DNA from: Mobula birostris
Taxonomy: Eukaryota
Assembly: GCF_030028105.1 (NCBI RefSeq)
Contig: NC_092394.1
Location: 13,927,939 to 13,991,938, forward strand
DNA: 64,000 bases
Direction: 5' to 3'
In this document: positions 26,784 to 40,145 of the stretch, in pieces
How positions within the stretch are numbered: position 1 is the first letter of the stretch
Layout: every line of letters starts with the position of its first letter
The notes under the pieces: generated by a model
Database searches by the model: none
What the model was told of the DNA's origin: nothing
The model's input: the letters and a program-made list of their open reading frames with translations, nothing else
Translations under genes and position numbers: made by a program

Positions 26784-27034
26784 GAAGTTGTCCATGGATC
26801 AGAATACCAGCCATCGTGTACTCCACACATGTGGCTACAACAGTCATTTCAATCCTTGGACATATTCTGTTTAACGATTTCTCAAAATCAACGTATCCAG
26901 GACCAAATACTCTCTCAGAGCGTTTATCACTCTTAGCTATATATAGTCCCTATTTACTCATCCCCATTATGATTCTGCTAACAATGCTTTACAGCCAACG
27001 ATATAATTCCTTCAATGAAAAGAAGAGGCAATAA
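26784..27034 (+). CDS. TMEM97: TMEM97 coding exon 3 (last)
   Basis: tctttatctacag acceptor; GSCPWIRIPAIVYSTH...ERLSLLAIYSPYLLIP...EKKRQ-stop. Spliced CDS 516 nt = 171 aa. Candidate poly(A) signals ATTAAA 27181 and AATAAA 27309. Confidence 0.96.
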
Positions 27035-28809
27035 CAGTTTCCACAACCATTCAGAGAATCATTTTCCATTTTCCCAGTGAAATTCGGGCCATCGCTACTT
27101 TATAATTTTACTTAATTACAACACAAAGTCCTCAAGCAATTTTACTACAGAATTATATGTCGGAGTGGATTAGGATATTCATTAAAAAAAACTTCTTTCA
27201 TGAAAGAGCAGCCCCCTTTTTAATAGCACTTTCAGGTAAAGTTATCAGCCCAAGGGTCACAACAATAGATTGGCTTATAAATAAGGTGCAGATGTGTGGG
27301 AAGTCTAAAATAAAAGCAGAAAATCCTAGAGATGCCCTGTAGTCCAGACAACATCTGTGGAAAGAGAAACAGAGTGAATGTTTCAGAGTTCAAAGTAAAT
27401 TTATTATCAAAGTATATATATATATAATCAATGAAAGACCACACCAACAGAGCAGACAACCAATGTGCAAAAGGCAATAAACTCTGCAAATACAAAAAGA
27501 AAGAAAAAATGAAATAATAAATAAACAAGTAAGCAATAACTATTGAGAATATATGATGAAGACTCCTTGAAAAGGAGTCTGTAGGTCGTGGGAACAGTTC
27601 AGTGATGGGGGCGAGTGAAGTTATCCCCTTTGGTTCAAGAGCCTGATGGTTGAGGGACAATACCACTTCCTGAACCTGGTGGTGTGCCTCCTGAGGCTCC
27701 TGTAACTTCTCTCTGATGGCAGCAAGTTGGAGACCCTTCATCAGAACTGGGAGAGAGAGAAATCAAGATGGTGATTCTAAGATACAAGAAAAGGGGCTGG
27801 AAGGGATGGACAGGACAAAGAAAATAACTGATAAAGTGAAGTCAGATCAAAAAGGGGAAGGTACAGGGTGATGATAATTTTTGCCTGGGTTTCTGTCACT
27901 GGTGGGACAGTAATATCTGCACAGCAGATCAGGCTTTAACAACTGATAGAGAAATTCAAACTAATTCTGCTGTAATTTATATATTTGTGATATTGACTGA
28001 GTTTTTCTTTCTTTACTAATGTGACCTGAGATGTTGGGCAGCCTTGTATTCACAACACATAACACAAAGGCTAATCACCTAGATACCCCTTCAACCATTT
28101 GACCGCGTCTACCCCAAATATCTCCTTTGTCCGGGCCCTCTTGTCTGTCACAGTGGCATGGTGATTACCACATTGTTTTACAGTGCCAGCACTAGCAATC
28201 ATGAATCGAGGTTCAATTCCTACTGCCGTCGGTAAGCAGTGTGTCCCTTCCCTTTGTGGCCGTGTGGGATTCCTCTGGGTGCTCCAGTGTCCTTCCACAT
28301 TCCAGAGGCGCACAATTACGGTTAGCAAGCTGTAGGTTTGCTATGCTGATGCCGGAAGTGTGGCGACACTTCCCTGAAAATGCAACTGTTTCTCTTCCCA
28401 CAGGTGATGAGTCTTTCCAGCATTCCCTGTTAATAAAATAACGAGAGCAGTTTTCTGCTTTGCCCTCTTTTTCCATAACGACCTTCAGTGATGTATTTTT
28501 ATAAGAAAATAAGTCTTGTATACAATGGGATCAAATGCAAAGTCAGTGGACTTTTGTCCAATCCATTTTCTTTTCCGTTACCCTCCTGCGCCACCACCAA
28601 CCACTCTGCTTACCCTTCCAATCCCTTCCTCTTGCTCTTTTATTTGGAAGCAGGGAATAACGTACAACGTTTGCCCCTCATCAGCTGAGCAAGTGGTCTA
28701 TCAATGGCAAGTGGCCTCAGGGTCCACATTGATGGACAAATTAATGGCAACAGCAGTTCAAAGGTATCAGGCTGAAGAGAGTAATAATCTGTGATCTTCT
28801 AATTTCAAG

Positions 28810-29370
28810 TTCAGTTGATTGTCATTCAGCCGTACACACGTACACTGCCAAACGAAACAGTGTTCCTCCGGACCAAGGTGCACAACACAGTACATATAAC
28901 TCACACACAATATTACCACAAATAGTGAGGTGTATATACAAGTTTAAAAGAAAACAGTGTAATGCTACTGGCACTTCATATATGATGAGACCTGTGTGTT
29001 CAGTAGTCTTACAGCTTGGGAAGAAGCTGTTTCCCATCCTAACAGTTCTTGCCCTAATGCTATGGCACCTCCTCCCTGGTGGTAGGGAATCAAAGAGATA
29101 GCTGGATGGATGGGAAGGAATCATTGTCCATGCTAAGGGCCCTGTGTATGCAGCATTCCTGGTAAATATCTCTCATGGGTGGAAGACAGACCCCAATGAT
29201 TCTCCCAGTAGTCCTCACAATCCTTTGTATGGGTTTGCAGTCAGACGGTGATGTAGTTGGCCAGAACACTTTCGATTGTGCTCCTGTAAAAAATTCATTA
29301 AAATGGAGGTCAGGGGAGGCCTCACTCATCTCAATCTCCTCAGGAAGTGGAGATGCTGCTGTGTTTTCTT
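28810..29370 (-). mobile_element. Rex1-type LINE 3' remnant
   Basis: HPSSYLFDSLPPGRR..SIRART.R..NSFFP C-terminal motif. Confidence 0.7.
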
Positions 29371-29805
29371 GATCAATATTTATCAGTGAGATAATAGTCC
29401 ACAGTCACACTTTGGAAAGTTGGAACAACTTTCCAAATGTCTAAATCCTATAGGTCAAACGGAAACATAGTAACACACTCAGCTACATCGATTTACAGGA
29501 TGATTTCCCGAATGTTCATGTCAGGGTCACTGGTTAGACCATTTCTGTAGGTATATGGGTCTTCGTAACTATCCTCAATTCCTGTGCCAAGTATTGCAGA
29601 ATTGTAAGTAAAGAGAGCCATTCAAACTCTGTCCTAAATTGCTCTTCAGAATGTTGACTGTTCACCTATAACATCTGATTTCCTGCATGGATTCTCTTTT
29701 CCATTTGGTTTTAACTGCATGCAATTATGTTAGGATCAAAATGTTGCTGTAACTAGACAATAGAACAGTATGTATTCTTCATTTATGTATGCATTCATGT
29801 GAGTA

Positions 29806-30356
29806 CACTCAGTGGCCACTTTATTATATACACCTTTATACCTACTCGTTCATGCAAATATCTAATCAGCCAATCATATGGCAGCTGCCAAATGCATGAA
29901 AGCATGCAAACATGGTCAAGAGGTTCAGTTGTTGTTCAGACCAACCATCAGAATTGGAATAAGTGTCATCTAAATGACTTTGACTGTGGAATGATTGATG
30001 GTACCACACATGGTGGTTTGAGTATCTCAAAAACTGCTGATTTTCTCACACTACAGTTCCTAGAGTTTACAGAGAATGGCACAAAAAACAAAAACTCCAA
30101 TGAGCAGCAGTTCTGCGGGCAAAAATGCCTTGTTAATGAGAGGTTGGAGGAGAATGACCAGACTGTTCAAGCTCACATGAAGGTGACTAACTAAAATAAC
30201 TGCAGATTACAACATGGGTGTGTAGAAGAGCGTCTCTGAAAGCACAACATGTCAAAGATAGAAGTGGATGGGCTACAGCAGCAAAAGACCATGAACATAC
30301 TCTTAGTGGCCACTTTATTATGTACAGGAAATACCTAATAAAGTAGCCACTGAATG
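29806..30356 (+). mobile_element. Non-autonomous Tc1/mariner element
   Basis: TA|CACTCAGTGGCCACTTTATT ... AATAAAGTAGCCACTGAATG|TA; internal decayed transposase N-terminus (DFDCGMI.G...GGLSISKTAD). Confidence 0.88.
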
Positions 30357-30559
30357 TATACACAAACTGAGTAGCTTGTCAAGTAAGTTTATTTTGCATT
30401 GTTACAAATCATTTTGGTAGATGCACTTTCAGTAAACTTATTTTCCTTTTATTGATTGAGAAAATATTTTGTATTTAATTCTAGAATGATGCTTTTTTCA
30501 CTGTTGTGACAAGTCCTTATGTAATAATCTTCATTAAACCAATAAATGATAAATGTAAA

Positions 30560-31510
30560 ATATGATTGCAAAATGTAAACTGCTTGAGGTACCCGACAGG
30601 TCAGGGAGTCTCTGTGGAGGCAGAGGAATGGTTGATGTTTTGGGTTGAGACCCAGCATCAGGACTGAGAGTCTTGAGGGGAAATCGCCAGTGTAATGGAG
30701 TAAGAGGGAGGACTGAGGCAAGGTAGAACCAGGTAAGGGGGGGGGGTGGTGAGGGAGGGTGACAGGCAGATGGAACCAGGTGTGGGAGAGGGGAAAGGGA
30801 CCAAGTGTGAGACAGCAGCCAATGGCTGATAGGTGGAGACAATATGAGCAGAGGGAAAACAGGGTATGAACAGCTTTGTGAACTGAAGGGCCTGTATTGT
30901 GCTGTATGTTTTCTATGTAACATTGAACTTCTCAGTTTCAAGCATCCGATTTCATGTTCCTTCCTCCTGCCCAAGTTGTTTCACTCCAGCTTTTATCAAG
31001 TACCTCCCCACCTCCAGCTTTCCTTACCCAGTTTCCTTCTCCCTCACCTGTTTCCACCTGCCTATCACCGAACACGTCTCTTATCCCTTCCACAACTGGT
31101 TCCATCTGCCCATCATCTCCCTCTTAACATTGCAGCATCTGCCTCTGTCCACCTTCTCCCTTCCCTCCCCCATACCTGGCTCCATCTGTCTGCCACCCCC
31201 TCCCCTCCTTACCTAATTCCACCTACCACCCTCACCCTGTTTTTTTATCTTATCTGCATCGAAATATCACTACCAGCCACTTTCCATCTCCACGCCTGCC
31301 CCTCCTGTCTCCATCTGCCTATCATCCCCCTTCTCATCAACCAGACCCTCCTCACAGGTCTTTATTCTGGCTACCGCCCCCCTACAGTTTCATTTGGGAT
31401 GAAGGGTCCCATATCCCTCTGCTTTCATAGATGCTGCCTGACCTGTTGAGTTCCTCTAAGTATTTTTTTTTAAGCTCCAGCTTTCAACTTCTTCAGTATC
31501 TTGTGTCTCT
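30560..31510. mobile_element. Decayed Penelope-derived termini in inverted arrangement with C-rich low-complexity filler
   Basis: Antisense terminal repeat at 30.58-30.67 kb; sense GATGCTGCCTGACCTG.TGAGTTCC at 31.43 kb. Confidence 0.55.
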
Positions 31511-33408
31511 AATTGCACACTTTAGGTTGTTAGGTTAAGGAAATACACTTTTATTTAGGTATTTTTTAAAATAATCATTGCACATATAAAGTCAAAATAA
31601 TTATGATATTTCCAGCAGATTAAGTAACCAAGACCATATGATTAAAAGATCCTCCTGTTATTTATTTATGGGAAGGAAGCAACACAGGCAATGATTGCCT
31701 TTATATTATACCCTTAATTGCTGTGAAATGGATCTCTTTTTGAAATTTTACATTTACTATAGTGTTACTTTGGGAATTATACAACTGTTTTTAATCTAGC
31801 AAATATTAGGTGGGTTACTCTCCGGTCAGGAATCCTGGGGGTGTAATCAAAGTAAGAATAATGGAGTTGAAATCTAATTTGGGAAGTAGATACATACTGA
31901 AGCACTTGGAAGAGTATTGTTCCAACTCCCAGTTCAAATAGATCAGACTGAACTAAAATTTATTACACAACTGGAACCTGGCATTTTCCCATTTCAGTTT
32001 CTTATATTCATACATTTAAAAATGTATAAATTTGTATGAATATAAGAAACTGAAGCAGGAAGATGGAGGTTGAGCAAGCAAGCTGCAAAATGTAGGTCTA
32101 TTCCATGGAATCCTAAAAGCCCCAACTTGTTGAAAGGCAAGGCACTGTTCCTTGGGATTATGTTGAAATAGTGGAAAAGGCAACAACTAGAGAGGCTGGA
32201 GCAAGTGGAGAATTAATGTGACAGGAAACTGGAAGCTCAGGATCATCCCAGCTGAATTAACGGAGTTGTTCTGCAACACAATCACCCAGTGTGTTTGGTT
32301 TCTCCAGCACACAGTAACCACATTGTGAATGCCAAATGCAGTACTAGATTGAAAAAGCAAGTGAACTGCTCCTTCTTCTGTTTGGGGCAGCACGGCAGCG
32401 TAGCTGTTAGCACAATGCTTTACAGCACCAGCTGTAAGATCAGGATTCAACTCCTGCCACTGTCTGTAAAGAGCTTGTACTTTCTCTCCGTGACCATGAG
32501 GGTTTTCTCCAGGTGCATTTCAAAGATGTACGGTTAGGACTAGTGAGTTGTGGCTATGCTCTGTGGTTCAATGAGCGTGCTGTCACTTACGAGCTGCCCA
32601 ACACAATCCTCGCTGATTTGATTTGATGCAAACGTCGTATTGTACTGTTTCGATGTACACGTGACAAATACAGCTAATCTTTATCTCCGGGTCCTGGACC
32701 AGTTAGACTGCAGTCAGATACAGGCCAATTTGGGCAAAGACAACAGATTTCCTTTCCCGAAGACAATCGGTGAAGCAGATGTTACTTTATAAATGAAAAC
32801 TGGTAACAAAATGGATATTATTACTACAGGTTTTAAAAGAAATCCAGATTCAAGGTCACATTATTAATTTGAACAGAAAATTGTTGGTTCAAGTTGATGT
32901 GTGCATTATTTTCTCTTTCCATGTTTACAGTAACAAGATGTAGAACAAGCCATTATTTTGACTGCTATCCACTGCAAACACGCTCTTTAGTAATGCTCAC
33001 TGCATCAGTCAGAAACAGTTTTGATGGGTAAACCACAGACTGAAACATTATACATTATTTATTAATAGTCATAAAGGACAGCTAATAAACAAGATCATAT
33101 ACATTGCAAGATTGATTTATTAGCTATAACATAAAATATACAAAGTATTTACATAATTAGCTTGCAGAAATTGTATCTGATAAAGTGTATTTCAACATTG
33201 TGCAGTAAAAATTGCTGATACAGTCCAAATGACTACATATAAATCTGCATTATAGAAATATATGCTTTATATTCACTGAAATAGCAATTCAAAAATGCAG
33301 TGTGTGTGTAAAGTCACTGTGTTGATGGAATGGCATACTGGAATAATCACTGAAATCTCTGCATTGTTGTGACATATACTTCTCACTTTAGTGTCTCTCC
33401 TTCTCATG

Positions 33409-33490
33409 TCATTTCTGAAGAATAAATTGGTCAATGAACTCATTCTGTTCAGCTTCTACCTTTGACAGGGCATCATATTCAATCCGATAT
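33409..33490 (-). CDS. IFT20: IFT20 coding exon 4 (last)
   Basis: ttttttgtag acceptor; [29 protein letters not shown]. Spliced CDS 393 nt = 130 aa. AATAAA on - strand at 33058-33063. Confidence 0.96.
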
Positions 33491-34849
33491 CTACAAAAAA
33501 TAACACGTCCTCTGTTACACATTTCACCCAGGAGATAAAAGTAACAGTAGTTTATTTGTAACACACTTGCTTATAGATTGTTCAGGGGAAAAAACATGTC
33601 ACAATGCCTATTTGTAAGTTGATTCCACAGATGTAAAATGGTCTTGCACAGAACATTGCTCATGACAGCTTGAGGAAATAAAGTAAAAAAAACCTGACAA
33701 TATGGACGATTTTCCCTAAAGTCTCTTATCCAGCATACTTATAGATGATTGGAGCATCATTAAGTATTACTACAATCTTAAAACGTGCATGATACCTCTT
33801 GCTGAATTGTATAGCCAGCATCTAGAATGACCCTAGAAACTGGCCAACTTGTTTCATTCAATCACAAATAAACAGTAATGAAATCATGGAATAAGTTGTT
33901 TCTCAAAAATAAAAAGGAACCAAGAGAATTGCTCAATAAAGCTACCTTTCAGTACGTGTCTTGAAGTGGTTTTCATTCAACTAAACCCCACAATCACATG
34001 CATTTACCTACTGCACCCCTTATCATTTAGAGTGAAATTTATTGTTCCTATGCTAAAATTTCTCTATTAGGAACCTCTTCCTATTTCTACATTTATGTTA
34101 AATGCTGCAGCCTTTCAAGAACTTCCTCTTCTTCCTCTAACTAATAATTTTTTTATCTGCTAACTAGAACTCTGGTTCACAAATTCTCTTTTTTTTCAAA
34201 ATATATGCTTTATATTTACTGAAACAGCAATTTCAAAATGCACTGTGTGTAAAACCTTTGTGCTGGTGGAATCGCACTGCAGTTTTAGAAAAGGATTTTC
34301 CATTGAAGTAGTTGATCACCCATCCTATTGCCTGAACTAGGGTCAGTGTCACTTTGTAATTGTAGATCACTTTTAAAGGCACTATATAGAGTATTTGGGT
34401 GACGGGGTGCAGATACGTCTCTACCAAAGGAGGCGCAAGGTGTAATTCCCTCCACTAATCTTGCAGGTCACCCTCGGACAAGATGTACCAATTACTTAGC
34501 TCCCTGATCAGGGTCATGGGAAGTCATAACAACAGGTGGTGGATGAGCAGCTGGTGTACATCTTGGTTATGCGACCACTGACGCCAGGCAGACAATCTCA
34601 GAAGAGTATTGATAATGGCTGGAGTCATCCGTCTTGTAAAGACACTGCCTGAAGGCGGCAATGGCAAACCACTTCTGTAGAAAAATTTGCCCAGAACATG
34701 CCCATGGAAATACCATAATCGCCCACGTCATACGACATGGCACATAACCAACAAGCAACATAGAGTGAAGCACCAATTGAAGAAAATAACTTTATTTTTT
34801 GAAGAAAATAACTATTTTCACTGAAAATAACTAGCTATCTTATTTTTTT

Positions 34850-37405
34850 CAGATTTATAAAGAGTAAAAGAGAGGTAAGAATGGATATCGGACTGCTGGA
34901 AAATGACGCTGGAGAGATTGTAATGGGGAACAAGGAAATGGTGGACCAACTTAATAAGTATTTTGTGTCAGTCTTCACTGTGGAAGACACCAGTAGAATG
35001 CCAGAAATTCAAAAGTGTCAGAGGACAAAAGTGAGTGTAGTTGCTATTACTAAGGAGAAGGTTCTTGGGAAGCTGAAAGAGGTAGCTGAAGAGATAGTGG
35101 AGGCATTAGTAATGATCTTTCAAGAATCACTAGATTCTGGAATAGCTCCAGAGGACTGGAAAATTGCAAATGTCACTCCACTCTTTAAGAAGGGAGGGTT
35201 GGAAAGATGTTGGACTCTATTATTAAGGATGTGGTTTCAGGGTACTTGGAGGCACATGATAAAATAGGCCAAAGTCACCATGGAAATCTGTTGAAATTCT
35301 TTTAAGGAACTAAAAGGCAGGATAGACAAAGGAGAGTCAGTGGATGTTGCTTACTTGGATTTTCAGAAGGCCTTTGACAAAGTGCCACACATGAGGCTAC
35401 TTAACACGATAAGAGCCTATAACCATATAACAATTACAGCATGGAAACAGGCCATCTCGGCCCTTCCAGTCCGTGCTGAACTCTTACTCTCACGTAGTCC
35501 CACGGACCTGCACTCAGCCCATAACCCTCCATTCCTTTCCTGTCCATATAGCTGTCCAATTTAACTTTAAACGACAACATCGAACCTGCTTCAACCACTA
35601 CTGCTAGAAGCTCGTTCCACACAGCTACCACTCTCTGAGTAAAGAAGTTCCCCCTCATGTTACCTCTAAACTTTTGACCTTTAACTCTCAACTCATGTCC
35701 TCTTGTTTGAATCTCCCCCAGTCTCAATGGAAAAAGCCTATCCACGTCAACTCTATCTATCCCCCTCACAATTTTAAATACCTCTATCAAGTCCCCCCTC
35801 AACCCTCTACGTTCCAAAGAATAAAGACCCAACCCGCTCAACCTTTCTCTGTAACCCAGGTGATGAAACCCAGGTAACATTCTAGTAAATCTTCTCTGTA
35901 CTCTCCCCATTCCATTGACATCCTTCCTATAATAGGGTGACCAAAACTGCACACAATACTACAAATTTGGCCCCACCAATGCCCTGTACAATTTCAACAT
36001 TACACCCCAACTCCTATACTCAATGCTCTGATTTATAAAGGCCAGCATACCAAAAGCTTTCTTCACCACCCTATCTACATGAGATTCCACCTTCAGGGAA
36101 CTATGCACCATCATTTCTAGATCCCTCTGTTCTACTGCATTCTTCAATGCCCTGCCATTTACCATGTATGTCCTATTTTGATCCAAGATGCTTGTGGACC
36201 TGGAAAAGTCCAGGTGATAACACTAGAAATCAAATTGACTTTATTACTATAAACCAAAGATTTAGAAATTCAGTGACTCAATGCAAAACATATCCAGGTG
36301 CAAACTGTAAAAGTGACCATAACCCAGTAGTATGTCACGTAAAAGTAAAACTTAAAAAACTAAAGAAGCAAATACCTGAACAATTCCTTGACTACTTGCA
36401 ATTAAAGACTTAAGACAGAAATTTACAATTGAAGTAAGGAATAGATTTCAAAGTCTAGGAATAGAATCTGTTGAAGATAATAGCAATAGTATTACGGGAA
36501 AGATACTAGCATAGAAAGAAGATTGGCTATCTGTCACAAGACAGAGTGGGAATAAAGGGAGCCCATCCTGGTTGGCTGCAGTGATTAGCAGTGTCCCACG
36601 GGCAGCGGTGTTGGGACAGCTTCTTTTCACATTACACGTCAATGAAGGCTTTGCGGCCACATTTGCAGACGACCAAAGATAGGTGGAGGGGAAGGTAGTG
36701 TTGAGGAAGCAGGGAGTCTGCAGAAGGATTTAGATTGTGAGAATGGGCAAAGAAGTGTCCAATGGAACTTAACGTAGGTAAGGTATGGTCATGCACTTTG
36801 GTAGAAGGAATAAAGGTATAGACTATTTTCTAAACAGGGAAAAATTCAAATATCAGAGGTGCAAAGGGACTTGGGAGTCCTTGTGCAAGAAACTGTGAGC
36901 CGTTTTGGGATCCTTACCCAATAGGTATGCTACGTATTTAAATGTGTTCAGAAGTGGTTCCTGAAAATGATTCCAGGAATGAAAGGATTAGCATATAAGG
37001 AGCACTTGATGGCTCTGCGCCTGTACTCACTTGAATTTAGAAGAACGAAAGGGGATCTCATTGAAACATCGAATATTGAAAGGCCTAGATAGAGTTGATG
37101 TGGAGAAGGTGTTTCCTATAGCGGGGGAGTCTATGACTAGAGGGCACAGCCTCAGAATAGAGATAATCTTTGTTTTAACCAAAGAATAGTGAATCTGTGG
37201 AATTCATTGCCACAGGCCTCTGTGGAGGCCATCTCATTGAATATATTTAAGGCGGAGGTTGACAGGTTCCTGATTAGTCAGGACATCAAAGGTTATGGGG
37301 AAAAGCAGGAGAATGGGATTGAGAGGGAGAATACATCAGCCATGGTGGATGGTGGAGCAAATTCAATGGACCGAATGCCCTAATTCAGTTCCTATGTCTT
37401 ATGGT
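34850..37405 (+). mobile_element. Degenerate CR1 LINE split by an inverted CR1 (35420-36180) and an RTE fragment (36181-36487)
   Basis: CR1 motifs up to [13 protein letters not shown] at 35418 resume as GTATTACGGGAAAGATACTAGCAT near 36490. Confidence 0.85.
36181..36487 (+). mobile_element. RTE-clade LINE endonuclease fragment
   Basis: WTWKSPGDNTRNQIDFI....RFRNSV..CKTYPGA.C.SDHNPVV...KVKLKKL, typical of the RTE/BovB-like APE C-terminus. Confidence 0.8.
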
Positions 37406-37460
37406 CAAAAAGTTGGGATCTAGTTTGCCTCTTTAAAAGAGGATTATGAAAACTGGAATT

Positions 37461-37787
37461 CTTACCCATTCTCTTTTCCTCACCTCCCTCTGCTGCCCAT
37501 CAACCTTCCCTTTCTCCCACAGTCCACTCACTTCTCCTATCAGATTCCTTCTTCTTCATTTCTTTATCTTTTCCACCTATCACCTCCCAGCTTCTCACTT
37601 CATCTCCCCTGCCCCATCCACCTTCTCCCCCCCTCACCTGGTCTCACCTATCACTTTCTAGTTTCTACTCCTTCCCCTCCTCCACCACCTTATTCTGGTT
37701 TCCACGTCCTTCCTTTCCAGTCCTGATGAAGGGTGTCAGCCCAAAACGTCGGCTCTTTATTCCTGACTCCTCCAGAATTTTGTGTCT
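37461..37787 (+). mobile_element. Penelope-derived 3' terminal fragment with 18-bp TSD
   Basis: C/T-rich body, decayed hammerhead motif at 37719-37754; TSD ATTATGAAAACTGGAATT, right copy split by the RTE insertion. Confidence 0.75.
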
Positions 37788-37799
37788 ATTATGAAAACT

Positions 37800-38245
37800 A
37801 ATGGACTGCAAAAGAACTAAGGTTAAGAACCAAATTGAGAATCTTCAACTCAAATGTCAAATCTATCCTCCTATATGGCTCTGAAACTTGCAGACTGACA
37901 TCAGAAAAATCCAGACCTTCATCAACAAATGCTTGCGTCAGATTTTGGGGCTAACATGGACAGGTTTTGCGAACAATACAGAATTATGGCAAAGGACCAA
38001 CCAGACACCAATTGAGGCAGAGAAGCCCCTGAATAGTATCACCAGACAAGCTCTCATGTGGAATCCTCAGGGCAAGCGTAATTGAGGTAGGCCCAAGTCC
38101 ACATGGAAGAGGGAAGTGTTAACCGACGCCAGGAAAGTGGGAATGACATGGTCACAGCTGGAGGGATATGCACAAGACAGGTTGATTTGGAAAGAGGTTG
38201 TTGATGGCCGCTGCTCACCAGTGAGTTGAAAGGCAGAAGAGAGAG
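37800..38245 (+). mobile_element. RTE-clade LINE 3' fragment with 9-bp TSD
   Basis: KLRIFNSNVKSILLYGSET, IQTFINKCLRQIL, TRQALMWNPQGKR..GRPK.TW; ATGAAAACT at 37791 and 38246. Confidence 0.85.
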
Positions 38246-38739
38246 ATGAAAACTGGAATTGTTAACAACAAAATGATAATCAGCTCTAAATTCAAAAAGC
38301 CAAGAGAATCAACGCAGTTCACTACAACCCTTCACAGCCAGTCAGACTAAAGGAAATAACAAACAAAAGCTCTGTGGAAGTTACAACCCCGACCTGCTTT
38401 TGGCACTTTTCAGCAATCGACTTGAGAGGTAGTCTGAGCAACTAAAAGTGTGTCTCTGAACTCTGCAAATCATACAGATATCTTAAAAACAGATTGCTCT
38501 AAAAAATATGACTGGTGACAGATTCTTTGTCCTAGCAGAAGGTAGGAATACAGTATGCTCCTGTGGCCTGTAGCTCATCTTTCATGCTGTTTCTGATTGA
38601 GTTATGACACAACGAAGACTTTTAGTTTAATTCCCTGTTTCCTTAGATGACAACACAATGACAAAATGAAAGATTAATCATAATTATTGCTGGTATGTAA
38701 TCGGAGTACAAATCGCAGGAAGATATTTTACATTTAACT

Positions 38740-40145
38740 CTTGGCAGTGTGGAGGATCAGAGGGATCTTGGTTTCGAGTCCATAGGACACTCAAAGCTGT
38801 TGCACAGATTGACTCTGTGGTTAAGAAAGCATACAGTGCATTGGCCTTCATCAATTGTGGGACTGAGTTTAAGAGCCGAGAGGTAATGTTGCAGCTATAT
38901 TGGGCCCTGGTCAGACCCCACTTAGAGTACTGTGCTCAGTTCTGGTCGCCTCACTACAGGAAGGATGTGGAAACCATAGAAAGGGTGCACAGGAGATTTA
39001 CAAGGACATTGCCTGGATTGGGGAGCATACCTTATGAGAATAAGTTGAGTGAATTCGGTCTTTTTTCCTTGGAGTGACAGAGGATGAGAGGTGACCAGAT
39101 AGAGTTGTATAAGATGATGAGAGGCATTGATCATGTGGATAGTCAGAGGCTTTTTCCCAGGGCTGAAATGGCTAGCATCAGTCATTGAAAGTGGGCATGC
39201 AGGTACAGCAGGCGGTGAAAAAGGCAAATGGTATGCTGGCATTTATAGCGAGAGGATTTGAGTACAGGAGCAGGGAGGTACTACTGCAGTTGTACAAGGC
39301 CTTGGTGAGACCACACCTGGAGTATTGTGTGCAGTTTTGGTCCCCTAATCTGAGGAAAGACATCCTTGCCATAGAGGGAGTACAGAGAAGGTTCACCAGA
39401 TTGATTCCTGGGATGGCAGGACTTTCATATGAAGAAAGACTGGATGAACTGGGCTTGTACTCGTTGGAATTTAGAAGATTGAGGGGGGATCTGATTGAAA
39501 CGTATAAGATCCTAAAGGGATTGGACAGGCTAGATGCAGGAAGATTGTTCCCGATGTTGGGGAAGTCCAGAACGAGGGGTCACAGTTTGAGGATAGAGGG
39601 GAAGCCTTTTAGGACCGAGATTAGGAAAAACTTCTTCACACAGAGAGTGGTGAATCTGTGGAATTCTCTGCCACAGGAAACAGTTGAGGCCAGTTCATTG
39701 GCTATATTTAAGAGGGAGTTAGATATGGCCCTTGTGGCTACGGGGGTCAGGGGGTATGGAGGGAAGGCTGGGGCGGTGTTCTGAGTTGGATGATCAGCCA
39801 CGATCATAATAAATGGCGGTGCAGGCTCGAAGGGCCGAATGGCCTACTCCTGCACCTATTTTCTATGTTTCTATGAGAGGGCACAGTTTCAAGGTGCTTG
39901 GAAGTAGGTACAGAGGAGATGTCAGGGGCAGGTTTTTTTACGCAGAGTGGTGAGTGAGTGGAATGGGCTGCCGGCGACAGTGGTGGAGGTGGATACGATA
40001 GGGTCTTTTAAGAGGACAGATACATGGAGCTCGGTAAAATAGAGGGCTATGGGTAACCCTAGGTAATTTCTAAGGTAAGGACATGTTCGGCACAGCTTTG
40101 TGGGCCGAAGGGCCTGTATTGTGCTGTAGTTTTTCTATGTTTTTA
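38740..40145 (+). mobile_element. Older CR1 3' part hosting a nested young CR1
   Basis: RPHLEYCAQFWSPHYRKDV; host sequence GCTAGCAT|GAGAGGGCAC is split by the insert. Confidence 0.9.
39179..39874 (+). mobile_element. Young CR1 3' fragment nearly identical to 15011-15714
   Basis: About 14 differences in about 700 nt by manual comparison. Confidence 0.95.

Noticed and set aside
30844-31449. 201-aa Leu/Pro/His-rich ORF
   Set aside because: C/T low-complexity sequence from a decayed Penelope tail.
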